Part shown: piece by piece, positions 18,679 through 28,525 of the stretch
Layout: every line of letters starts with the position of its first letter
Numbering within the stretch: position 1 is the first letter of the stretch
Assembly: GCA_947626535.1 (NCBI GenBank)
Contig: CANQSO010000002.1
Location: 1-52,464 of the forward strand
DNA from: an uncultured Bacilli bacterium
Lineage (GTDB): Bacteria > Bacillota_I > Bacilli_A > RF39 > UBA660
Reading direction: 5' to 3'
DNA length: 52,464 nt
Position numbers and translations under genes: made by a program
Notes under the pieces: model-generated
Databases searched by the model: none
The model's input: the letters and a program-made list of their open reading frames with translations, nothing else
Told to the model about the DNA's origin: nothing

Positions 18679-19307
18679 GCTCTCAACCTCTTTCTAGCTT
18701 CTTTATAATTAGGATAATATTTATAGACATGTGCCCAAAAACGCTCACTATGATTGCCTTCATAAAAATGACATAATTCATGAATAATAACATAATCTAA
18801 TAAATCTAAATCTTTTTTTAATAATTCACTATTTAAAGTAATTGTATTATTCCCACGATTATTAACTCCCCATCTAGTCTTCATACTTCTAATTTTTAAA
18901 GTAAATTTAGGTATATTATCAAAATAAGGAATAATTCTATTCAATTCACTAGAAAAAATTCTAATGCATTCATTTTTATAAAATTTATTTAACATAGCTT
19001 CATTCTTAGCATAGATAAAATCACTATCAAAACTTACCATTTTAAAACTATCATTATAAACAGGAATATATTTTTTACCTAAATACCAAAAATAATTTTC
19101 TTTTTCTTCTTCTAATTCTTTTCTATCTAACATTTTAACTAAATATTTATAATTTTTATCTAAAATTTGTTTAATTTGTTTTTCACTTATTAAACGATTA
19201 GCCGTCACTAAAATAGTATGACTATTTTTAAAACTCATATAAACATTTTTATTTGGTTTTCTAACAATTAAAACATCTAATATTTTACCTTCAACTTCAT
19301 ATTTCAT
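18675..19307 (-). CDS. YgjP-like M48-family metal-dependent hydrolase (DUF45)
   Basis: HExxH in VIIHELCHFYEGNHSERFW and TRWGVNN upstream, as in DUF45 proteins. ATGA overlap with the downstream gene. Confidence 0.82.
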   Translation of the reverse strand: MKYEVEGKILDVLIVRKPNKNVYMSFKNSHTILVTANRLISEKQIKQILDKNYKYLVKMLDRKELEEEKENYFWYLGKKYIPVYNDSFKMVSFDSDFIYAKNEAMLNKFYKNECIRIFSSELNRIIPYFDNIPKFTLKIRSMKTRWGVNNRGNNTITLNSELLKKDLDLLDYVIIHELCHFYEGNHSERFWAHVYKYYPNYKEARKRLRA

Positions 19308-19344
19308 AATATTTTCCCATCTATATTTATCATATCAAATAAGC

Positions 19345-19381
19345 CTAAAAAAAGAAATAGTAAAAAATTTTTTGCTATTTC
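19345..19381 (-). terminator. Rho-independent terminator after the 110-aa gene
   Basis: Minus strand reads GAAATAG-14 nt-CTATTTC followed by TTTTTTT. Confidence 0.5.
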
Positions 19382-19384
19382 ATA

Positions 19385-19717
19385 TTATCTTTTATTTTGC
19401 TTTTCTTCATCCATAAAACCATTTAAAGCCATTAAAATATATTCTTCTAAACTATATCTAAAACCATAATCTTGCCAAACGATTTTATATTTACTTTCAA
19501 AAGACTTCATTCTTAAACAAAACTCTAATAAATTAGCTTCACTATAATCTACGCCAATATGATCATTTGGTTCATATTTATTATATATTTTTTGTTCTTT
19601 ATCAGCTTCTAACTTCTTTTTTAAAACTTTTAAATAAGATTTAGGATTTAATCTTGTATTTCTTCTTAAAAATTCTAATTTTTCATAATCATATTCCTTT
19701 AAATATTGTTTATTCAT
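19385..19717 (-). CDS. Hypothetical protein (110 aa)
   Basis: GGAGGG RBS before ATG 19717, 9 nt downstream of the topA stop. No recognisable domain. Confidence 0.6.
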   Translation of the reverse strand: MNKQYLKEYDYEKLEFLRRNTRLNPKSYLKVLKKKLEADKEQKIYNKYEPNDHIGVDYSEANLLEFCLRMKSFESKYKIVWQDYGFRYSLEEYILMALNGFMDEEKQNKR

Positions 19718-19725
19718 ATACCCTC

Positions 19726-21753
19726 CTATTTTTGATAATCACAATTCATACAAACAACTTTATCTTTTTTTTCAACTAATAAGCTATTACATTCTGGACA
19801 TATTTCCCCCGTTGGTTTATCCCAACTTGCAAAATCACATTTAGGATAATTACTACAACCGTAAAATATTTTACCTCTTTTAGTTTTTCTTTCAATAATG
19901 TCTCCTTCACATTTAGGACATTTACAAACTTTCACAATAACTTTTTCTTTCTTTTTAATATACTTACATTCAGGATAATTAGAACATGCTGTAAACTCTC
20001 CATATTTTCCTCTTCTAATAACTAACGGATTACCACATTCGGGACAAATTTCTCCAGTTTCTTTTGCTTCTTTTTTTTCCATTTTAGAAAAAGCTGTTTC
20101 AACTAATGGTTCAAAATCATTATAAAATTCTTTTAATACTTTTATATGATCTAATTTATCTTCAGCAATCAAATCTAATTCATTTTCCATATTAGCTGTA
20201 TATTTAACATTAATAATATCTTTAAAAAATTCTTGTAATTTATCAGTTGTTTCAATACCAATTTCGGTTGGAAAAAATTTTTTATCTTCTAATTTTACAT
20301 ATTCTCTTTCTTTTAAGGTTGTTATTATTGGAGCATAAGTACTAGGTCTACCTATTCCTAAACTTTCCATTTCTTTTATTAAAGAGCTTTCAGTATATCT
20401 TGGTTCTGGTTTAGTAAAGTGTTGTTCTTTTTTAATTTCATTAGAAACTATTACATTACTTTGATAATTTTTTAAATCAGGTAAAATTGTATCTTTTTGA
20501 TCTTCAAATTCGGCATAAACTTTTAAATAACCAGCAAAAGTTAAAACAGAACCAGTTGCTTTAAATAAATAATCATTATTATCTAAAAGAACCGTTGTAT
20601 TATTTAATCTACTTGAAGCCATAATACTTGCTAAAGCTCTTTTATATATTAAGTTATATAATTTATATTCATCACTATCTAAATATTTTTTAACACTTTC
20701 TGGTGTTCTATTAATACTGGTTGGTCTAATGCCTTCATGTGCATCTTGAACATTTTCTTTTTTCTTACTTACTTTAATTGTGCCTACATATTCTTTACCA
20801 AAATTAGTTTCAATATATTTTTTAGTTTCACTAACAAATTCGGGACTTACTCGGTCAGAATCCGTACGCATATAAGTAATTAAACCAACACTTTCCCCAC
20901 CAAGACTAACCCCTTCATATAGTTTTTGGGCAATTCTCATCGTTTTAGCAGGAGGAAAATTTAGTTTTGATGAAGCAAGTTGTTGCATTGTTGTTGTTTT
21001 AAAAACTGGTTTACTACTTCTTTTACTTTCTTTTTCTTCAACGCTTGCAATTTTAAAAGCATTATTTAATTTATTTAAAATATCATTTGCTTCTTCTTCA
21101 CTTGTTATTTTAATTTTTTTATCTTGATATTTTTCTAAATCTGCTTCAAAATCATTAAAGATAGCTGTTATAGACCAATATTCTTCCGGAACAAAAGCCA
21201 AAATTTCTCTTTCTCTATCAACAATTAATTTTAAAGCAACACTTTGAACTCTTCCAGCTGACTTACCACCTGTTTTACTTTGCATTAATTTACTTAATCT
21301 AAAACCAATAATTCGATCTAAAATTCTTCTTGTTTCTTGACTTTTAACTAATTCATCATCTATTTTTCTTGGATTATCAATAGCATTTAAAACAACATTT
21401 TTCGTTATTTCATTAAATGTTACTCTAACATAATCATCTTCTTTAATATTCAATGCTTCTTTTAAATGCCAAGATATTGCTTCACCTTCACGATCTGGGT
21501 CAGTTGCTAAATAAACAATACTAGCATCTTTAACATCTTTTTTTAAATCACTAATTAATTTTTTCTTACCTTTAATCGGAATATAAGTAGCTTTAAAATC
21601 ACCATCAACATCAACGCCTAAACCAAATTTACCTGATGTTGCTAAATCCATTATATGACCTTTACTAGATACAACTTTAAAATCTTTACCTAAAAAAGCC
21701 CCAATTGTTTTACTTTTATGTGGTGATTCCACAATCATTAATTTATTCATCAT
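19726..21753 (-). CDS. topA: DNA topoisomerase I
   Basis: Toprim LMIVESPHKSKTI and DPDREGEAISWH. Active-site Tyr in GLITYMRTDS. Three C-terminal C4 zinc ribbons. Confidence 0.95.
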   Translation of the reverse strand: MMNKLMIVESPHKSKTIGAFLGKDFKVVSSKGHIMDLATSGKFGLGVDVDGDFKATYIPIKGKKKLISDLKKDVKDASIVYLATDPDREGEAISWHLKEALNIKEDDYVRVTFNEITKNVVLNAIDNPRKIDDELVKSQETRRILDRIIGFRLSKLMQSKTGGKSAGRVQSVALKLIVDREREILAFVPEEYWSITAIFNDFEADLEKYQDKKIKITSEEEANDILNKLNNAFKIASVEEKESKRSSKPVFKTTTMQQLASSKLNFPPAKTMRIAQKLYEGVSLGGESVGLITYMRTDSDRVSPEFVSETKKYIETNFGKEYVGTIKVSKKKENVQDAHEGIRPTSINRTPESVKKYLDSDEYKLYNLIYKRALASIMASSRLNNTTVLLDNNDYLFKATGSVLTFAGYLKVYAEFEDQKDTILPDLKNYQSNVIVSNEIKKEQHFTKPEPRYTESSLIKEMESLGIGRPSTYAPIITTLKEREYVKLEDKKFFPTEIGIETTDKLQEFFKDIINVKYTANMENELDLIAEDKLDHIKVLKEFYNDFEPLVETAFSKMEKKEAKETGEICPECGNPLVIRRGKYGEFTACSNYPECKYIKKKEKVIVKVCKCPKCEGDIIERKTKRGKIFYGCSNYPKCDFASWDKPTGEICPECNSLLVEKKDKVVCMNCDYQK

Positions 21754-23737
21754 CTAATCCTTTCTTATATTTATTTAAACCTTCTTCTAAATAATTAAAA
21801 TAATTTTCACTTATCGCTAAATTACTCATTCTAATCTTATTCATTACATCCTGATTAATTCTTTGCAACTCCTCTGTAGTATAAATCTTTTCACCTAGAT
21901 AATCAATAGTTGAACTAGCTGAATTATAAATAGCTACATCATCTTGCCATGAACCATCTGCATAAATAACCCGATTAGATAAATTATCACTAAATAGATC
22001 TTCACCTAAATATAATCTTGGATCATAGTCTAAATTAAATAAATTAGCTACTGTAGGTGTTAAGTTAATATAAGAAGTATTAGTTTCAAAAATTTGTGGT
22101 TCAATTGAAGAATTATAAATTAAGAATGGTGTTTTTTCAATCTCAAAACCTTTAGAAACATCATATGGTAAAAAAGAATCTACTTCTTCATCTGATAAAG
22201 CATAAGGATAATGATCACCATATAAAATTATTACGGTATCATCTAAAATATCATTTTCTTCTAATTCATCTAATAAAACTCTTAAAGCATCATCTGTTAC
22301 TTTAACTTTAGATAAATATTCTTTTACAGGTTCATCATAATCTTTATCATCAAATAGATCATAATATAAATCTCCTAAATCACTTTCACTATAAGGATGA
22401 TGAGCACTTACAGTTGTAAACCAAACAAAGAATTTATCTTCATTTACAAAATAAGGAGTTATCTTTTTAACATATTCAGCATCATTTGGCCAATGAAGTT
22501 CTTCAAAGCCATAATCTTTAACATCAGTTATATCATAAAAATGACTACTATATAAATTTTTATGAATAGTTTTTCTAGCATAAAAATCTTCATTATAATC
22601 ATGAAAACTTAAAGTTTTATAATCTTTATTATTAAATAAATTAAAAATTGATTCAAAATAAGTATTATCTTTATAAATATTACCAGTACAAATATTATTA
22701 ATTGTATATAAAGAAGTCATTCCACTTTCTTCATTATTAATTGTTGAGCAAGAATTTCTAGGACTATAATTATTTTCCCAATACCATCCATGTTCCATTA
22801 ATTTAGCAAAGTTAGGAAAATACTCAGCATTATCTATTACTTGATTTACTGATTCTAACATTAAAACAATTAAATTTTTATCTTCAAAATATCCAGTATA
22901 ATCATTTTTAGAAGTTATAGAGCGATTCATAAAATAATTATTTAAGTTTTTATAAGTATTATTTGTAGTACTTTCTTGAAGCATTTTCCATGCTGTATCA
23001 TCAAATTTTCTACCATTTTCATTCTCTATAATTTGATCACTATTAATATTTATATTTCCATCATCTTGATATGGAAATAATAAAACTTTAATATCAAGAA
23101 TACCATACATATTAACCCCAAATTGATTAACAGCTATACTAGAATTAGTAGGATTATGAAAAGCTTCAATATTAGAAACTAATTGTAAAGGATTTTGCAT
23201 AAAAGGTAAAATAAGGGTTAAATAATATAACAAAATTGCTATTAAAAAACTGATAATTATAATTAAACGATTTCTCATATCAAAAAAAGGTTTTGCTTCT
23301 TGTTTCTTACGCATTAAAATAATATAAATTATATATATAATTAATGGTAATAAGATTAAATAATATTCTAATTTTAAACTTTTAATAAAATCTAATATAT
23401 AACTTGTAACGGCTCCAAATTGACTACTAGTACCTAAAGACATATAAAGCCCTATAAAATTTAATAATCCTGCCTGTGCTAAAGAATAAACAGATATTAT
23501 ACTTAATAAAATTAAATTAGCAATTCGACTTATTTTAATATTATGAAAAAAAGACGTTATAAAATTTAATAATAAACAAATAGTAAATGAGCTTAAAAAA
23601 ATTCTAAAGCTTGACCAAGAAAAAACATTGTATTCTTCAACAACTCGAAAAATAATTTCAACTGCCCAAAAAAATAGAGTTGCAATAAATATTTCTAGCC
23701 AAAATTGTTTATTTATTTTTAACTTCACAACTACCAC
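21743..23737 (-). CDS. LTA synthase family (sulfatase-domain) membrane protein
   Basis: Five N-terminal TM segments, then an extracellular domain with LIVLMLESV and a Ser/Thr-rich putative nucleophile region. The start is uncertain (GTG 23737 or GTG 23728, after AAGGTGG), and the 5-prime end overlaps the rnhB 3-prime end. Confidence 0.75.
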   Translation of the reverse strand: MVVVKLKINKQFWLEIFIATLFFWAVEIIFRVVEEYNVFSWSSFRIFLSSFTICLLLNFITSFFHNIKISRIANLILLSIISVYSLAQAGLLNFIGLYMSLGTSSQFGAVTSYILDFIKSLKLEYYLILLPLIIYIIYIILMRKKQEAKPFFDMRNRLIIIISFLIAILLYYLTLILPFMQNPLQLVSNIEAFHNPTNSSIAVNQFGVNMYGILDIKVLLFPYQDDGNININSDQIIENENGRKFDDTAWKMLQESTTNNTYKNLNNYFMNRSITSKNDYTGYFEDKNLIVLMLESVNQVIDNAEYFPNFAKLMEHGWYWENNYSPRNSCSTINNEESGMTSLYTINNICTGNIYKDNTYFESIFNLFNNKDYKTLSFHDYNEDFYARKTIHKNLYSSHFYDITDVKDYGFEELHWPNDAEYVKKITPYFVNEDKFFVWFTTVSAHHPYSESDLGDLYYDLFDDKDYDEPVKEYLSKVKVTDDALRVLLDELEENDILDDTVIILYGDHYPYALSDEEVDSFLPYDVSKGFEIEKTPFLIYNSSIEPQIFETNTSYINLTPTVANLFNLDYDPRLYLGEDLFSDNLSNRVIYADGSWQDDVAIYNSASSTIDYLGEKIYTTEELQRINQDVMNKIRMSNLAISENYFNYLEEGLNKYKKGLDDE

Positions 23738-24356
23738 CTTTTATAATTAAATCACGAACTGGCTTATAAGTAAACCTATAATCTTTTGTAGGACCGTAAA
23801 GTTCTAAGAGTTCTAAATGTCTTTTAGTCGGGTATCCTTTGTGACGTTCAAACTCATATTCCGGATGTTCTAAAGCCATTTTTTTCATAATGTCATCACG
23901 CGTTACTTTGGCTAAAACACTGGCCGCAGCAATGCTTAATGATAAGGCATCACCATGAATTATGGACTTAACTGGGATATCATATCCGGGCATTGGCATG
24001 GCATCAGTTAAAACATAATCGGGCTTGACACTTAATTTACTGATGGCTTCTTTCATCGCAAGACGACTTGCTTCATAAATATTTACTTCATCAATTTTTT
24101 TAGCAGAGACAATACCAATTCCATAACTAATCGCATCTTCTTTAATTTTAGCAAAATAATATTCTCGTTTTTTTTCACTTAATTGTTTGGAATCAGTTAA
24201 ACCAACTAACTCATAATCAACAGGTAAAATAACGGCTCCAGCGACAACTGGTCCAACTAGTGGACCTCGTCCTGCTTCATCACAACCACAAATTAACTTA
24301 TAGCCTTCCTTATATAATTCTTTTTCATATTTTTTTAAATCAACTTCTGTTTTCAT
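23709..24356 (-). CDS. rnhB: Ribonuclease HII
   Basis: CGCDEAGRGPLVGPVVAGAV and DSKQLSEKKRE motifs. AGGTG RBS. Confidence 0.95.
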   Translation of the reverse strand: MKTEVDLKKYEKELYKEGYKLICGCDEAGRGPLVGPVVAGAVILPVDYELVGLTDSKQLSEKKREYYFAKIKEDAISYGIGIVSAKKIDEVNIYEASRLAMKEAISKLSVKPDYVLTDAMPMPGYDIPVKSIIHGDALSLSIAAASVLAKVTRDDIMKKMALEHPEYEFERHKGYPTKRHLELLELYGPTKDYRFTYKPVRDLIIKGGSCEVKNK

Positions 24357-24365
24357 TTACAACAC

Positions 24366-25232
24366 CTATCTATTATCAAATGTAATATTTTTAATAACTT
24401 CTCCTCTTATATCATGAATGATTTTCTTAGAAACAACATTAAAATCAACTTCACCATTTCTAATTGCTCCAATTTTTTTGCCAATAATTTCATAAACTTC
24501 TAACCAATCATCAATATTAATAATACCATATTTTTCTTTTAAAATTAAAGGATAATATTCATATAATTTTTTAATAATATGAACAGCAACATCATCAATC
24601 GGTAAAATTTCTTCCTTAATAGCTGTAAAAGTAGCTAAATTTAAAGCTTCTTCTTCTTGATTTAATTTAGGCCATAAAATACCTGGCGTATCAAGTAATA
24701 ATAAATTATTTTTAGCTTTTAACCAAGTTAAACTTTTAGTTACCCCTGGAGCATTCTCTACTTTAGCAACCTTTTTACCGCAAAGTTTATTAATAAGCGT
24801 TGATTTACCAACATTTGGAATACCAATTACTAAAGCATGAACTTCTTCATTTTTTAAACCTTTATTTTTTCTCTTTTCATAAGCATCTTTCATTATTTCA
24901 AATGTTGCTTCATAAATTAAGTTAATATCATCACTATTATTTAAATCAACTAATAAAACCTTATAACCTAAATTTTCATAATACTTAATCCAACTATTAG
25001 TATATTTTAAATCACATAAATCTTTTTTAGTCATAATTAATATTTTAGGCTTATTACCGACTATATCATATAAATCCTTAATCTTAGAAGAAAAAGGAAT
25101 TCTAGCATCAACTAATTCATAGACGACATCTATTAAAGCATATTTTTCTTTAATCATTCTTTTAGTTTTAGCCATATGACCAGGATACCAGTTGATTACA
25201 CTTTTATTAACTCCATTATTGTTTTCATTCAT
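24366..25232 (-). CDS. rbgA: Ribosome biogenesis GTPase A (YlqF)
   Basis: WYPGHMAKT, a circularly permuted GTPase (TKKDL before GIPNVGKST), and DTPGILWP. AAGGAG RBS. Confidence 0.93.
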   Translation of the reverse strand: MNENNNGVNKSVINWYPGHMAKTKRMIKEKYALIDVVYELVDARIPFSSKIKDLYDIVGNKPKILIMTKKDLCDLKYTNSWIKYYENLGYKVLLVDLNNSDDINLIYEATFEIMKDAYEKRKNKGLKNEEVHALVIGIPNVGKSTLINKLCGKKVAKVENAPGVTKSLTWLKAKNNLLLLDTPGILWPKLNQEEEALNLATFTAIKEEILPIDDVAVHIIKKLYEYYPLILKEKYGIINIDDWLEVYEIIGKKIGAIRNGEVDFNVVSKKIIHDIRGEVIKNITFDNR

Positions 25233-25830
25233 TTTCTACATCTCCTTCTCTTGTCAATTCATACAATTCTTTCTCATCTTTTATTATTTTAATCAATTCT
25301 TCCTTCGATGGCAAATAGGTTAAATATTTTGATGCATAAGTTTGCCAATTTTTAAATCAATTATTACAAAACATTTTGCTAAACGATTATAAAAAATTAA
25401 ACCTGGATAATAATATTCTGCACCTATTTTTATTCTTTGCTGACTAGCAACAAAAGAAAATCCTCTACCTAATTCAAGTAAAAATTCAGTCAAATGTGAT
25501 AACAATGCTTTTTCTAAATCTGTCTCTAAATAATTTTTATTTTCTTTTAAACCCGCTAATTCAAAAATATATGGTGTCTTAAGTAATTCTTCTGGTTGTT
25601 TTTCTATCTTATTTTTTTTGTGATTCAGTGATTATTTTATTCTTATCTGGTGATATCAAATATCTATCATATAATTTAGTATTTATTTGTCTATTTAATT
25701 CTCTATAACCCCAATTAGATTTAATTGCTTCTTGTTCGTAAAAATCTCTTTCTTCTTTTCTATCTATTCTAATTAATTTTTGAAAATGTGTCCAAGACAA
25801 TTCAGTCGGCACTGCTGACCATATTAAATA
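25233..25830 (-). pseudogene. Decayed DUF1016/YhcG-type PDDEXK nuclease gene
   Basis: Three fragments in different frames: (1) SAVPTELSWTHFQKLIRIDRKEERDFYEQEAIKSNWGYRELNRQI, (2) TPYIFELAGLKENKNYLETDLEKALLSHLTEFLLELGRGFSFVASQQRI...CFVIIDLKIGK, (3) YLPSKEELIKIIKDEKELYE. The 5-prime end is truncated. A frame change sits in an A8 tract (25612-25619). There is a premature stop at 25320, and an internal segment is missing. Confidence 0.75.
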
Positions 25831-25924
25831 AATTTTTTTAATATTTATTTTTACTTATTATAATTGCATTTTTCTAAAAATTTTCTTAATTATAAGTTTT
25901 TTTTGGATTACGCAATCAATATTT

Positions 25925-26956
25925 TTAACTATTACTACTTTCTTTAAGATATTTATTATAAAATTCATCCATTGAAGATATATATTTTTGATCTTGAATT
26001 ACTCGATATTTTTCATACTCTTTTTCAGCTTTATCTACTGCTTCTTTATGAGTTATTTTACCAGAATTTGTTAAAATTTTTTTATCTCTAAATTTTAATA
26101 ATTTATCAGTTGTATTTATCCAATCATTCATAGTCATAACTTTATGTTCATATGCCATATCTTCAGCATAATCTAAAAATGCTATAGTTAAACGGTTTAA
26201 TTTATTTAATTCATCTTCAGTTAAATAGTTTTTAGCTACCGTAACATCATATTTATATATTAATCCGTCTGGGCTATTTTTCCAATTAGTAAGCCCCATA
26301 TGTTCTTTACTCGCATTAGCTCTTGTATAGATTAATTCAGCAGCGGTATAACCACTTATTGCATAATGTAGTTTATTTTGTACGATTTTAAAAAAGGTAT
26401 ATGCTTCTTCTGAATTTGGGTTATAGTCAGTTGATGTTGCAATAAATAAATCAGTAATTTTTTGATAAGACATTCTTTCACTGACTCGAATAGTTTTAAT
26501 TCTTTCTAACAATTCATCAAAATATTTAGTACTAAATTTATTTCCATTTATAAATCTTTCATCATTTAAAGCAAAACCTTTTATCATATATTCTTTTAAA
26601 ATTTTAGTCGCCCATATTCTAAATTCAGTTGCTTTTTTAGAATTAACTCGATAACCAACTGCAATTATAGCATCAAGATTATAAATTTTAACTTCATTTG
26701 TTTGTGTTTTTTCTTTAATTGCACCATGTTGCGTGGTATTTTCCATTTTGGAAACAACCATATTTTCCTTTAATTCTTCTTCTTCAAATATATTTTTTAA
26801 ATGTTTGGAAATTGCTGGTACTCCTACATCAAAGACTTTAGCCATTCCTTTTTGAGTAAGCCATAAAGTTTCATCTTTATAAATTGCATCAACAACAACA
26901 TTGCCATCTTTATTTTTATATATTAATAAATTATTTTGTTCTTCTAATTTTTCCAT
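25925..26956 (-). CDS. RhuM family virulence-associated protein
   Basis: LWLTQKGMAKVFDVGVPAISKHLKNIFEEEEL...YNLDAIIAVGYRVNSKKATEFRIWATKILKEYMIKGF is the RhuM signature. The true start is ATG 26956 (MEKLEEQ), after GGAG. Confidence 0.85.
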   Translation of the reverse strand: MEKLEEQNNLLIYKNKDGNVVVDAIYKDETLWLTQKGMAKVFDVGVPAISKHLKNIFEEEELKENMVVSKMENTTQHGAIKEKTQTNEVKIYNLDAIIAVGYRVNSKKATEFRIWATKILKEYMIKGFALNDERFINGNKFSTKYFDELLERIKTIRVSERMSYQKITDLFIATSTDYNPNSEEAYTFFKIVQNKLHYAISGYTAAELIYTRANASKEHMGLTNWKNSPDGLIYKYDVTVAKNYLTEDELNKLNRLTIAFLDYAEDMAYEHKVMTMNDWINTTDKLLKFRDKKILTNSGKITHKEAVDKAEKEYEKYRVIQDQKYISSMDEFYNKYLKESSNS

Positions 26957-27001
26957 AATCTCATCTCCAATCATCAATTTTTTATCACAAAATTTACAGA
27001 T

Positions 27002-27454
27002 TTATCCTTCAATATCATTTCTTTTAACAAAGTCAGTATAAATCCATTCTGGAGCATAGTCAAAAATATTAACAAGTTCTTCAATTAATTCTTTTTTAGA
27101 CATTTTGTGTAAATGCTTTATAGCATTTTGGTATTGTCTTTTTTCATACTCTTCATATTCTAGTTGTAATTTTTCTTGCTCTTCTTCAAAACTTTTAGCA
27201 CTATTTGGAACTGCACTAAAATAAGTTGCAACAATATGTTTACAAATAATTCGTTTTCCATTAGCTAGAGGACAATTGCATGTTGATTTTCTAGGATGTT
27301 CTAAATTAAGATAAACATTATAATCTTTATTTCCTAAAACAATACTTGTATATTCGTTATTATTTATTTTTTTTATATTTTTAATTTTTTGACTTTTATA
27401 ATACTCTAATCCTCGCCAACATGACGAACCACTAGCAATTGAAATTATACTCAT
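27002..27454 (-). CDS. Small SWIM zinc-finger protein (150 aa)
   Basis: RGLEYYKSQKI...IVLGNKDYNVYLNL...STCNCPLANGKRIICKHIVATYF (CxC-x(n)-CxH), followed by a coiled-coil tail. AAGGAG lies 12 nt before the ATG. The stop is 45 nt upstream of the RhuM start. Confidence 0.7.
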   Translation of the reverse strand: MSIISIASGSSCWRGLEYYKSQKIKNIKKINNNEYTSIVLGNKDYNVYLNLEHPRKSTCNCPLANGKRIICKHIVATYFSAVPNSAKSFEEEQEKLQLEYEEYEKRQYQNAIKHLHKMSKKELIEELVNIFDYAPEWIYTDFVKRNDIEG

Positions 27455-27621
27455 TTTAAATCATTACTCCTTCATTTTTATAATTCTAACTTTTTATTTT
27501 CTTCTATTTTTACTTATAAGGTATTTAAAAGTATTTGACATTTAATCACTACCTTTTTCATTTGATAATTTAATTTTTTCGACATTATTAAGAATATCCA
27601 ATTGATATTTACATATATCAC

Positions 27622-28383
27622 TTAATATTTCAAATCTTCTTCTTTTGATTTTCCTTCTTTAATTAGCTCAGCATTATGTGATTCTAAATTTGATAAAACA
27701 GTTAATTCATTAATGGATGCATAATCTCTTACATTTGAATTTTTTGCTAACTTTGGATTTAATTCTCTCCATTTTTTAGCAGTAGTATGAAATAATATTA
27801 CATTAAGAATATCTGCTTCTTCAGCATATTTTAACCATTCTTTATTTTTATAAAAATCATTATCAGGTAAAATGTAATTTTTAATTGCATCTGTATGTAT
27901 TAAATAATTATTCTTTGTAAGTATTCTTTTTACATCCCATTCTCTATTTTGATTTTCTAACTCTTTTAATCTTTCAAATTCTTTTATTAAATATAATTTA
28001 AATACTGGACTTATGGCTGATGCAAATTCAAATGCAATATCCTTATGTGCATATGTTCCACCATATTTACCCATTTTAGAATATATTCCAATAGCATTTG
28101 TTTTTTCACACCACTCTGTAACACTAGGTGTAAATGTCAATAAACCAACCTGTTTTCTAAAGTGTTCAGATTCGAACACTTTAAAATTGGGATTATAAAT
28201 TTGTTCCCAAGTAGTTAAAAAATCTAATGTACTTCTATTACGCAACCAGTTTCTAATAACATCAGCAGCTCTTGAATTACTACTTTTTGCTTTTGCTATA
28301 TCTGAAATACAAATATAATCTTTCTCATTGATATTGGTTACATTTATTTTAATATTTTGAACTTCTATTATTTTGTTAGACAT
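27622..28383 (-). CDS. KilA-N domain-containing protein
   Basis: The N-terminal IEVQNIKINVTNINEKDYICISDIAKAKSSNSRAADVIRNWLRNRSTLDFL block is typical of KilA-N. The true start is ATG 28383, after AGGTG. Confidence 0.8.
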   Translation of the reverse strand: MSNKIIEVQNIKINVTNINEKDYICISDIAKAKSSNSRAADVIRNWLRNRSTLDFLTTWEQIYNPNFKVFESEHFRKQVGLLTFTPSVTEWCEKTNAIGIYSKMGKYGGTYAHKDIAFEFASAISPVFKLYLIKEFERLKELENQNREWDVKRILTKNNYLIHTDAIKNYILPDNDFYKNKEWLKYAEEADILNVILFHTTAKKWRELNPKLAKNSNVRDYASINELTVLSNLESHNAELIKEGKSKEEDLKY

Positions 28384-28525
28384 ATATACACCTACTTTCA
28401 TTTTATATTTAATTTTTTTTTAATTACAGATTAATTGTATCATAAAAAAAGCAGATTTAAAACAAATCCACCTCAAAAAAATTACAATATCCTTCAATTT
28501 TAAAATATAATTAAATGTTTCTAAA

